Source: Pseudobdellovibrionaceae bacterium
GTDB taxonomy: Bacteria; Bdellovibrionota; Bdellovibrionia; Bdellovibrionales; Bdellovibrionaceae
NCBI GenBank assembly: GCA_044359815.1
Contig: JBIKLL010000023.1
Span: 1 to 24,000, forward strand
Length of the DNA stretch: 24,000 nt
Reading direction: 5' to 3'
Part shown: positions 1-6,415 of the stretch, one piece after another
How positions within the stretch are numbered: position 1 is the first letter of the stretch
Layout of the letters: each line of letters begins with the position of its first letter
The notes under the pieces: generated by a model
Told to the model about the DNA's origin: nothing
Seen by the model: only the letters and a program-made list of their open reading frames with translations
The model's database searches: none
Made by a program: the position numbers and the translations under genes

Positions 1-111
1 AGTTAGATAGTTAGATAGTTAGATAGTTAGATAGTTAGATAGTTAGATAGTTAGATAGTTAGATAGTTAGATAGTTAGATAGTTAGATAGTTAGATAGTT
101 AGATAGTTAGA
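1..111. repeat. Perfect tandem octanucleotide repeat (AGTTAGAT)n: 13 full units plus a 7-nt partial unit, truncated by the left window edge
   Basis: Read directly. Positions 1-104 are 13 exact AGTTAGAT units, 105-111 are AGTTAGA, and unique sequence follows. The unit carries TAG on the + strand and TAA on the - strand. Because 8 is not a multiple of 3, all six frames are closed, so the tract is non-coding. Confidence 0.97.
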
Positions 112-418
112 AAATCCAGAGCTGCGGTTTATGTAAAGAAATAAAAATAGTTGTAGCTCAAGATTTGCTTTATCATTTAGATTAAATCAAAATTTCTCCA
201 TCAGACCCCATCAATGCTGTAATTCAGATCAGGCTCCACAACGGAAGAGGCCAAATAAAATTCAAACCAAAAATATTCTGCAAATCCAGAGGCATATGCA
301 GCCAATCAGAAAACCTGATCCCAATCCGGAATCAAAAATCCAAAATAAAACAACATCAATACTGCAGTTCGAAAATTGGCTCAAACAGCGCAGATTCCGA
401 CTCAGAATCACGTTCAGG

Positions 419-925
419 TTATTGTGCAGGTTTCACTAGGGTGAAAGATTTTTCGATCTTTTGGCCTTTTTTAGTGACGGCGGCAAAGGTGAATTCGTTG
501 TTGCCAGTTTTAAGCTCGATAAAATCTGATGTGAACTCGCTTTTGTCGTTAACAACTATGCTGGCAGAAAATCCGTTAGTCTTATTGACCAACTTAATTT
601 CTTGATTCGTATCCAATGAACAATTGCGCCCTTTAAACCGAATGTGAGTCCCCTTGGCGATGGGCATTTCGATAGGCTGATTGCAGTCGATCATTCCTTC
701 TACTGTTTTAGCCAGATTCAAAGCATTTCCCTCAACCAAGGAAACCGACGCGGGCTTTCTGTCGCCACCTAAAACAACGGCGATTTCTTCTTTTTTCTGA
801 ATAGGCTCACGAACAACTGACAGAACCGAGAAAATTCCCAGTACCGTAATCGCCGCAAAGGTGACTCCTAATTGATAAAAACTGATAGGACTTTTTGGAT
901 CCGCCATCACAATACAGATCGACAT
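419..925 (-). CDS. Hypothetical bitopic membrane protein: N-terminal TM anchor plus a beta-rich C-terminal domain of about 120 aa. Candidate non-canonical partner of the upstream ExbB/ExbD pair
   Basis: 168-aa ORF. A hydrophobic segment (ISFYQLGVTFAAITVLGIFSVLSVV) lies near the N-terminus, followed by a charged KKEE linker and a strand-like alternating pattern. It is on the same strand as and downstream of exbB-exbD, but separated from them by 258 bp. I see no TonB Pro-rich spacer and no TolA-like Ala/Lys helix. The start could be ATG 925 or ATG 907. Confidence 0.6.
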   Translation of the reverse strand: MSICIVMADPKSPISFYQLGVTFAAITVLGIFSVLSVVREPIQKKEEIAVVLGGDRKPASVSLVEGNALNLAKTVEGMIDCNQPIEMPIAKGTHIRFKGRNCSLDTNQEIKLVNKTNGFSASIVVNDKSEFTSDFIELKTGNNEFTFAAVTKKGQKIEKSFTLVKPAQ

Positions 926-972
926 TTTTTTGGCAGGACTTAAAGCAGACTAAGGTGGTTCCAAGACTTTGG

Positions 973-1001
973 TTATAATACCCAGACTGATCAACTACCA
1001 A
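973..1001 (-). promoter_or_regulatory. Candidate sigma70-type promoter for the 419..925 gene
   Basis: On the minus strand: -35 TTGGTA (1001..996), a 17-nt spacer, and -10 TTATAA (978..973), about 45 nt upstream of ATG 925. This is pattern matching only. Confidence 0.25.
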
Positions 1002-1008
1002 AAACTTT

Positions 1009-1083
1009 GGTAACAAGGGCCAGGTCCAACACTAAAACCTCAGGTAACAAGGGCCAGGCCCAATACTAATACCTCAGGTAACA
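1009..1083. repeat. 34-bp tandem direct repeat: two full copies (1009-1042 and 1043-1076, 31/34 identical) plus a 7-nt third start (1077-1083)
   Basis: Read directly. Copy 1 is GGTAACAAGGGCCAGGTCCAACACTAAAACCTCA and copy 2 is GGTAACAAGGGCCAGGCCCAATACTAATACCTCA. Copy 2 contains the perfect dyad GGGCC-A-GGCCC. The repeat lies in the exbD/168-aa intergenic region, directly upstream of the candidate -35. Confidence 0.9.
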
Positions 1084-1183
1084 GCAGCTTGTACGGATAC
1101 AAGCTATTGTAATTGGCCAACTTGTCTGAGTTTAATTTTAAATTTTGAAAATAACCCCAGGCAATTAGATCGGTTATAAAATA

Positions 1184-1594
1184 CTATGGGGACTGTTTTT
1201 CAATCGAGATTGCAAATTTCTTGATCCCTGCAGACTTCACTACGTCAATAATATGGACTACAGAGCCGTGCGGGACAGTTTTATCCGCACTGATGATGGC
1301 CTGTGCATCAGGATTTTTTTCGATTTGCTCTTTGGCTTTGGCAGAAATCAAGGTGTCATCAGCTGGACTTCCGTTCAGTAAAGTCTTTCCATCCGATGTC
1401 AGCGTGACCGTCAGCTGAGTGGGTGCTGTTTGTTCGCCACTGGCAGCTTTTGGCAGATTAACTCCGATGGATGGCTTCATGATCATGGGTGCGGTCACCA
1501 TAAATATAATCAGAACAACCAAAATAATATCGACCAACGGAACCACATTGATTTCACTGATTGCTTCATCGTCGGACGAATATTTGCCAGCCAT
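1184..1594 (-). CDS. ExbD/TolR-family biopolymer transport protein
   Basis: 136 aa. It has a short cytoplasmic N-terminus, the family-typical TM (EINVVPLVDIILVVLIIFMVTAP) and then a periplasmic domain. The start lies 3 nt after the exbB-like stop. ExbD and TolR cannot be told apart from sequence alone. Confidence 0.9.
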   Translation of the reverse strand: MAGKYSSDDEAISEINVVPLVDIILVVLIIFMVTAPMIMKPSIGVNLPKAASGEQTAPTQLTVTLTSDGKTLLNGSPADDTLISAKAKEQIEKNPDAQAIISADKTVPHGSVVHIIDVVKSAGIKKFAISIEKQSP

Positions 1595-1597
1595 TTA

Positions 1598-2224
1598 TCA
1601 GCCTTTTTTCTTGGCAAAAGCCAAACACAGTTCTTTGACAGAATCTAAACTGGATAAAATACTTTTAACCTGTTTTTGAAAATAATTATAAAAAATCACC
1701 GCAGGTATTGCCACAAACAACCCAGTCGCTGTCGCCACAAGGGCCAACGAAATCCCGGCCATCACTGTCTGCTGACCAGCCTCTGCATTCATAGCCAAAT
1801 CATTAAAGGCTTTCATGATACCTAATACCGTACCTAACAATCCGATGTATGGAGCATTGGATCCCACTGTAGCCAAAAAGTTCAAAAACCTTTCCAGATC
1901 AGGCTTTTCAGTCAATGAATAGGCGTTAAAAACTTCTTCCAATCCTTTTGATCCATTGTCTCTGATGTGCTTCAAAGCATGATTGATTGCGCGGCCTTCA
2001 ACGGTATTGATGTTTTTCGAAAATTCTTGAACATCCTCAACGCTGTTGCTTTGCAAGGCTTGCCTAATTCTTTCGCGGAAATGGGCACTGTTTTTCGTTG
2101 CCGATCGCAGATAAAAAAACCGTTCCAGTATGACGCCGACTGAAATCACGCTCAATGCTATCAAAAGCCACAAAATACCCTGATCCAATATCTGTGCTAT
2201 CGCAAAAATTTTCTCTGTTAACAT
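1598..2224 (-). CDS. MotA/TolQ/ExbB-family proton-channel protein
   Basis: It carries the signature NAPYIGLLGTVLGIMKAF and three hydrophobic segments. I moved the start to ATG 2224 (MLTEKIF...). A GAGGGAG Shine-Dalgarno (CTCCCTC at 2231-2237 on the + strand) sits 5 nt upstream of that ATG. The longer track ORF (to 2275) would also collide head-on with the divergent gene. Confidence 0.9.
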   Translation of the reverse strand: MLTEKIFAIAQILDQGILWLLIALSVISVGVILERFFYLRSATKNSAHFRERIRQALQSNSVEDVQEFSKNINTVEGRAINHALKHIRDNGSKGLEEVFNAYSLTEKPDLERFLNFLATVGSNAPYIGLLGTVLGIMKAFNDLAMNAEAGQQTVMAGISLALVATATGLFVAIPAVIFYNYFQKQVKSILSSLDSVKELCLAFAKKKG

Positions 2225-2278
2225 AAATGCTCCCTCGACACTCTGATTATGGCTAGATATATTAAACACCGTCAAGCC

Positions 2279-3838
2279 ATGACCTATTTACGACTTATTT
2301 TTTTATTTTTATGTGTTGGACTTTTATCATGCGAGTTTCGCAGCAAAGATTCTAATCGTATCCTGATCATCGCTGTTGAAAAACTGGGAACAAAATTGAA
2401 TCTATGCGAACCCAGGTCCGAACAAACCAATAACGGATTTGTTGAGCTTTGTCAGAATTCAATTCGCTTTTCGCACGCATATTCACCATCGACTCAGGGT
2501 ATCCCCGCCCTGACTTCTGTCCTGACAGGTCTTTATCCTTTTGAACATCAGGTGCGACTGAACTCTGTTCAGTTTTTAAAGCCCGAATTTGACACTGTCA
2601 CAGAATTGGCTCGAGAAAAAAACATGTTCACGGCATTGATTTCGGGTGGACCACCACTGTTCAGAAAATCTGGGCTATCCCAAGGTTTCGAGATTTTTGA
2701 TGACTACCTGCCCTCGTCCATCAGAAAGCCTTTTCGTCCCATCGAGCAGTCCTTTGAAATTATAAAAAGCTGGATGCAGGAAGAACGGCATTTTTTCGGA
2801 GTTCTGTATGCTCCTGATTTACTGTACACAGAAACAGTCACTACAAATGATTTGGGTGAAATAAGAAACAGCACTTTTGATTCGCAGGTGGATGAATTAT
2901 CGGAAACACTGTTTCATTTTTTTGATTGGCTTAAAAAACATTCGCTTTGGGACCAAACCACTGTAATCTTAGTCGGTCTGAATTCAAACAATGACACCCA
3001 CCGAAGCTTTATCTCGGCAATCGAAGCTCCATTTTCAGATAAAACCCATGTGGCACTTTTTGTGAAACCCAGTTTTTACTTACAAAAGAATCAACATGTT
3101 GATCAATTAGTCTCCCTGGTGGATCTGGGGCAAACCTTGATTGAAAACCTGTCAGGGATAACCGGCACCCGTGATGATTTTGCTTTTCAGAAAAAATCAT
3201 TGACTGAAATTTGGCTTAATCCCGATTCCCATCCAAGCGAAAAACCCATAGTGATTGAAAACCTATTTGATTTCTGGCGCACAAAATTACCTGTGCAGAT
3301 TGCCCTTCGAAACAAAAATAATTTGTATTTCAGGTCTCACACGGAAGAATTTTTGTTTAATGTTTTATCAGATCCAAACGAACTGCACCCCTTATCCTTA
3401 AAAGAACCACTGATTGAAGGTATTTTGAAAGAGCGCAGAAAAGCTGTCGAGTCTATGAAGGACAGTTTGCTGAAGGTATCAATAGAGTCTTCAGCTTCTG
3501 CAAACTTGCGGATGTGTCTGCCAAAAATAAAATCTGTGCCGGTAAAACAATGGGCGGCAAAAGACTGTGACAATGTATTGTTTAGTAAATTTATGACTTG
3601 GCTTAAGCTGGAAATAGCTGGCGAAAATGACGACAACAAAGAATCCGCAAAGCGCGAATTTATCAGGTACTACACGGAATTTGTGCAGGAAAAGGAACTG
3701 TTTATTTTGGCTCTTCAAAAAGGCCGCAAATGGAATGTCAGACCTGATGGATTTATGTTTTTGGAGGATTTTGAAAAAATAAAAAACTTGAATCAGCTTT
3801 TACCTTACAAAGATAAAATCTCGAAATTACAGATTTAG
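2279..3838 (+). CDS. Lipoprotein with a sulfatase / alkaline-phosphatase-superfamily fold whose catalytic residues appear to be replaced (putative pseudo-sulfatase)
   Basis: Start taken at MTYLRLIFLFLCVGLLSC, which has an L-L-S-C lipobox. The N-terminal region is colinear with sulfatase blocks. RILIIAVEKLG matches the usual ..LILxDDLG block. IRFSHAYSPSTQGIPALTSVLTGLYPFEH matches the usual FTNAY..C/SxPxRxxLLTGxYP block. TVTELAREKNMFTALISG and GFEIFDDY also fit. The metal-binding DD is EK, and no C/S-x-P-x-R formylglycine motif is present. The C-terminal ~200 aa are unassigned. Confidence 0.6.
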   Translation: MTYLRLIFLFLCVGLLSCEFRSKDSNRILIIAVEKLGTKLNLCEPRSEQTNNGFVELCQNSIRFSHAYSPSTQGIPALTSVLTGLYPFEHQVRLNSVQFLKPEFDTVTELAREKNMFTALISGGPPLFRKSGLSQGFEIFDDYLPSSIRKPFRPIEQSFEIIKSWMQEERHFFGVLYAPDLLYTETVTTNDLGEIRNSTFDSQVDELSETLFHFFDWLKKHSLWDQTTVILVGLNSNNDTHRSFISAIEAPFSDKTHVALFVKPSFYLQKNQHVDQLVSLVDLGQTLIENLSGITGTRDDFAFQKKSLTEIWLNPDSHPSEKPIVIENLFDFWRTKLPVQIALRNKNNLYFRSHTEEFLFNVLSDPNELHPLSLKEPLIEGILKERRKAVESMKDSLLKVSIESSASANLRMCLPKIKSVPVKQWAAKDCDNVLFSKFMTWLKLEIAGENDDNKESAKREFIRYYTEFVQEKELFILALQKGRKWNVRPDGFMFLEDFEKIKNLNQLLPYKDKISKLQI

Positions 3839-4503
3839 AAACCTCTTAGTGGTATTTCAGCCAACCAAAAAGGTGATTGGTAGTCTGATTCAATCAGTGC
3901 AGATTCTAGTTGCTTAAAATCACCTTCAAAAGTTTTCAACAATTCTTGTTGATTAAAGCTGCAAGCAACTAATACCAGACTGTCCACACCCTTCAGATCA
4001 CAAGTCCCAGCAGACACAGATATTTCTGCTGAAACACCAAGGGCATTTAATGGCAGCGGCGAAGCCTCTGGCACAGCGGACTCAGATGCGCTCAACAACA
4101 TCAATCGATTACCTTGGCGCGCTGCCACCGTTAAATCTGAACAACAGGCCCAGTGCAATTGCTGATCGACTTTCTGAAAAATCGAAACCTCTACTAAATG
4201 TTTTAAATACACAGAATTGTATTCGCTCAATACGATTTCATTGGCAGATTTTAGAGAAGAATTCAGTTTTTCGTTAAATTCGGGTGCTGCCACAGGGTCC
4301 ATGCCCGAAATCTTGGTGACATCCAAATCAACTGAGATATTCAAAAAATCATCCAGCTTTGATGCCAGGCTTTCAATGCTCAGATCGCCACTCCATCTGG
4401 TAATCACAGTCAGTCGACGGCTTTTAACGTCGGCAATGACTTTCGGTCTGGGTCTGAAGGCTGTGCCTGCAAATATCCTTTGTTGTATCATCTTAAAGAC
4501 CAT
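3835..4503 (-). CDS. Hypothetical protein, last gene of the FHA operon. Possibly a degenerate PP2C/SpoIIE-like fold (fold assignment about 0.25 confidence)
   Basis: 222-aa ORF. It overlaps the upstream stop by 11 nt; the alternative ATG 4491 would leave a 1-nt gap. It is loosely colinear with PP2C blocks. LTVITRWSGDLSIESLAS sits where vvaDGMGGH..GevAS is expected. LHWACCSDLTVAARQGNRLMLLS sits where l.vanvGDSRayl.r.g.l..lT is expected. LKGVDSLVLVACSFNQQEL sits where l..gD.llLcSDGl is expected. The metal-binding Asp residues are absent. Confidence 0.6.
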   Translation of the reverse strand: MVFKMIQQRIFAGTAFRPRPKVIADVKSRRLTVITRWSGDLSIESLASKLDDFLNISVDLDVTKISGMDPVAAPEFNEKLNSSLKSANEIVLSEYNSVYLKHLVEVSIFQKVDQQLHWACCSDLTVAARQGNRLMLLSASESAVPEASPLPLNALGVSAEISVSAGTCDLKGVDSLVLVACSFNQQELLKTFEGDFKQLESALIESDYQSPFWLAEIPLRGF

Positions 4504-6415
4504 ATTTCTTTAGTTTCAGTTTTGCTTTTTTGTAATATTCTTCTTCAGGCAAACTCTTTTCCAGAATGCGCTTCCATTTGCCCTTGGCGGCTTCGACTTC
4601 ACCGACGCTTTCCTCCAAGATCCCCTCTTGGTAGTAAGCTTGCATTTGCCGTTTTAAATCACCCATCATCTGGCTCAGTTTTGTCTTTGCAACTTCGTTA
4701 TTAGGATTGATTTCCACAGAAGCTTTCATTTTCAGAATAGCTTCTTTCAGATTGCCATTTTTTAAGTAATCTTCGGCGTCTTTTTCGTACTTACGCTGTC
4801 TGGTTGACAGGTCATCCTGAATGCTAGCGATTTTTCGCTTGGCTTTTGATTTCAGATTATCTGGATCAGGCAATCCCGAGTTCACTACTACATCATAGGC
4901 CTTGATCGCAGCCAAATACTGAGTGTCGATAAACAAAGTTTCGGCCTTGTGAAACAGATTTCGCTGCCTTTGCACTCGGTCTTCATAGGCTTGCTGCTTT
5001 TCTTCTTTGATAGCCTGTTCAGCCATTATTCTTTCGACCTGTTCGCGAGCCTCTAAAATTGCAGGGTGCTCTGGATTTAGTACCAATACCTGATCCAAGC
5101 ATTTTTCCAAATCACTCATTGTAGTGGTCGGTCTGATTTGTGTTTTACAGATGTTCACTTGGTTTTGGATTTTGATTTCAGATTCACGTTTTTCTTCTTC
5201 CCTAGCCAGTGCTTTTTGCTGTTCGATCTGGGTTTGCAATGCTACCTCAGCTAACTGTTCCAGATTTTTTGATTCATAGTAATACGGAACCAATTGATGG
5301 ATTTTTGAAACTTCTTGTTTGGCTAATTGGTATTTGCCCTGTCTGAACAATTGATCAGCCAAACTGTAGGTATCATGCACATACCGCTGCTGCTGAGCCG
5401 TCAACCGATCAAACGCAGACTGCGGTCTGCCGCCTGATTCGCTGGCCATGTCAGATTTTTGCGATGAACCCGAATCTTCCAGAACATACATCAATGTCAA
5501 TCCTATCACCACCACACCAATAAACAGCACGTACCATTGATTGTCAGGTTGCTTGCGTTTTTTACGACGACTGGCTTGGTACTGTGACGGGTAATTCATC
5601 CCTGGCTGATAGGCGACTGGTGGCGGTGGTTCGTCTAAAATCGAAGCATCATGAAAGGACGACTCAACATCTTCGACCGCCATCACAGATTTCATTTTGT
5701 CTTTAAAATCTGGATCTCTGATTTCAAAAATTACCTTGTAATTCACGACCTCAATTGTGTCACCACTGGCCAGTCGATTCCATTGCATAGGAGTCAGGTT
5801 TTCACGATTCAAAACGGTGCCGTTTGAACTGTTTAAGTCCCTAACCATATAATTTCCGTCTTCGTATTTGATTTCAAAATGCTGACGGCTGAATTCAGAA
5901 ACATCAATAAATATAGTCGAACGAGTGTCGCGACCGGCAACCCAGTTTTGCCCCTCAAGCCTGAAGACCTTAAATATCTGACCCATTTCATTGGCAATTT
6001 TGACCAGAATTTCCTGTTTTTGCGAAACCACAACAGTGCGCTCGTTAATGGATTCGTTAAACGAGGATTCAATGCTTTTTTTGCGTCTGCTGGATTCAGT
6101 CTTTACTGGATTCTGAGCTTGCTCTTCATCAACGAACATAAATCTGTAAGGTGGCACATCAAACAGATGACCATGTTCCAGAACAATTTTGCTGTTTTTA
6201 ACACCGTTAACATACAGCTCTTTAAATTTAGACAAACAATCGACTGTCCATAAACCTTTTTCGTTAAAGATTTTCAGATGTTTTCGACTGATTCCAACTT
6301 CGGCCTCAATGGTGATGTCACAATTATGTCCACGGCCAACGATGTAGGATTTGCTTTGCTTCAGCTTGACCTCAGAAATCATGACATCATTTTTATATAT
6401 TCTCAGTAATGACAT
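4493..6415 (-). CDS. Membrane protein with tandem FHA domains: FHA-FHA, Pro-rich/basic linker, TM, then a long TPR/coiled-coil C-terminal region
   Basis: FHA1 is YIVGRGHNCDITIEAEVGISRKHLKI...LYVNG. FHA2 is WVAGRDTRSTIFIDVSEFSRQHFEIKYEDGNYMVRDLNSSNGTVLN. These are followed by PPPPVAY and SRRKKRKQ, then the TM WYVLFIGVVVIGLTLMYVL. The remaining ~320 aa are helical and TPR-like (for example AIKAYDVVV and DYLKNGNLKEAILKMKASVEINPNN). Start set at ATG 6415 (MSLLRIY), which forms a TGATG overlap with the upstream stop. Confidence 0.85.
   Translation of the reverse strand: MSLLRIYKNDVMISEVKLKQSKSYIVGRGHNCDITIEAEVGISRKHLKIFNEKGLWTVDCLSKFKELYVNGVKNSKIVLEHGHLFDVPPYRFMFVDEEQAQNPVKTESSRRKKSIESSFNESINERTVVVSQKQEILVKIANEMGQIFKVFRLEGQNWVAGRDTRSTIFIDVSEFSRQHFEIKYEDGNYMVRDLNSSNGTVLNRENLTPMQWNRLASGDTIEVVNYKVIFEIRDPDFKDKMKSVMAVEDVESSFHDASILDEPPPPVAYQPGMNYPSQYQASRRKKRKQPDNQWYVLFIGVVVIGLTLMYVLEDSGSSQKSDMASESGGRPQSAFDRLTAQQQRYVHDTYSLADQLFRQGKYQLAKQEVSKIHQLVPYYYESKNLEQLAEVALQTQIEQQKALAREEEKRESEIKIQNQVNICKTQIRPTTTMSDLEKCLDQVLVLNPEHPAILEAREQVERIMAEQAIKEEKQQAYEDRVQRQRNLFHKAETLFIDTQYLAAIKAYDVVVNSGLPDPDNLKSKAKRKIASIQDDLSTRQRKYEKDAEDYLKNGNLKEAILKMKASVEINPNNEVAKTKLSQMMGDLKRQMQAYYQEGILEESVGEVEAAKGKWKRILEKSLPEEEYYKKAKLKLKKYGL

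Noticed and set aside
360-380. GTTCGAA word resembling a tRNA T-loop
   Set aside because: The flanking bases do not form a T-stem, and no acceptor or anticodon arms can be drawn. It is not a tRNA.
296-439. 47-codon plus-strand ORF (MQPIRKPDPNPESKIQNK...) in the gene-free region
   Set aside because: It has no Shine-Dalgarno and no recognisable domain. Its composition simply mirrors the A-rich DNA, and it overlaps the 3' end of the convergent gene. I did not call it as a gene.
807-1016. 69-aa minus-strand ORF overlapping the 5' end of the 419..925 gene and running into the 34-bp repeat
   Set aside because: It is out of frame with and overlaps a better-supported gene. It has no recognisable motif. 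It would also include the candidate promoter region. I treat it as a chance ORF.
1009-1083. The 34-bp repeats here, and the 32-bp repeats at 19286-19362, considered as CRISPR arrays
   Set aside because: The 34-mers are directly abutting with no spacers. The 32-mers occur only twice, with a 13-bp spacer. No cas genes are present. Neither is CRISPR.
1086-1105. Hairpin AGCTTGTA-CGGA-TACAAGCT downstream of exbD, considered as an intrinsic terminator
   Set aside because: The stem is 8 bp and AT-rich, and no U-tract follows on the minus strand. It is not convincing as a Rho-independent terminator, so I mention it only as part of the intergenic finding.
1221-1679. Three plus-strand ORFs (1221..1418, 1419..1679, 1430..1648) antisense to exbD/exbB
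   Set aside because: They lie entirely inside genes with clear ExbD/ExbB family motifs on the opposite strand. Their translations are low-complexity with no family resemblance. They are shadow ORFs.
2225-2278. Track ORF extensions that make exbB (to 2275) and the sulfatase-like gene (from 2249) overlap head-to-head
   Set aside because: Internal starts are better supported. The exbB-like ATG at 2224 has a GAGGGAG SD. The lipoprotein ATG at 2279 gives a canonical signal peptide and lipobox.
3009-3718. Minus-strand ORFs (3009..3200, 3337..3639, 3491..3718) inside the sulfatase-like gene
   Set aside because: They are antisense to a long, coherent ORF and their translations have no motifs. They are shadow ORFs.
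4050-4704. Plus-strand ORFs (4050..4277, 4217..4513, 4480..4704) antisense to the 222-aa gene and the 3' end of the double-FHA gene
   Set aside because: They overlap minus-strand genes that fit a coupled operon. They have no family resemblance.
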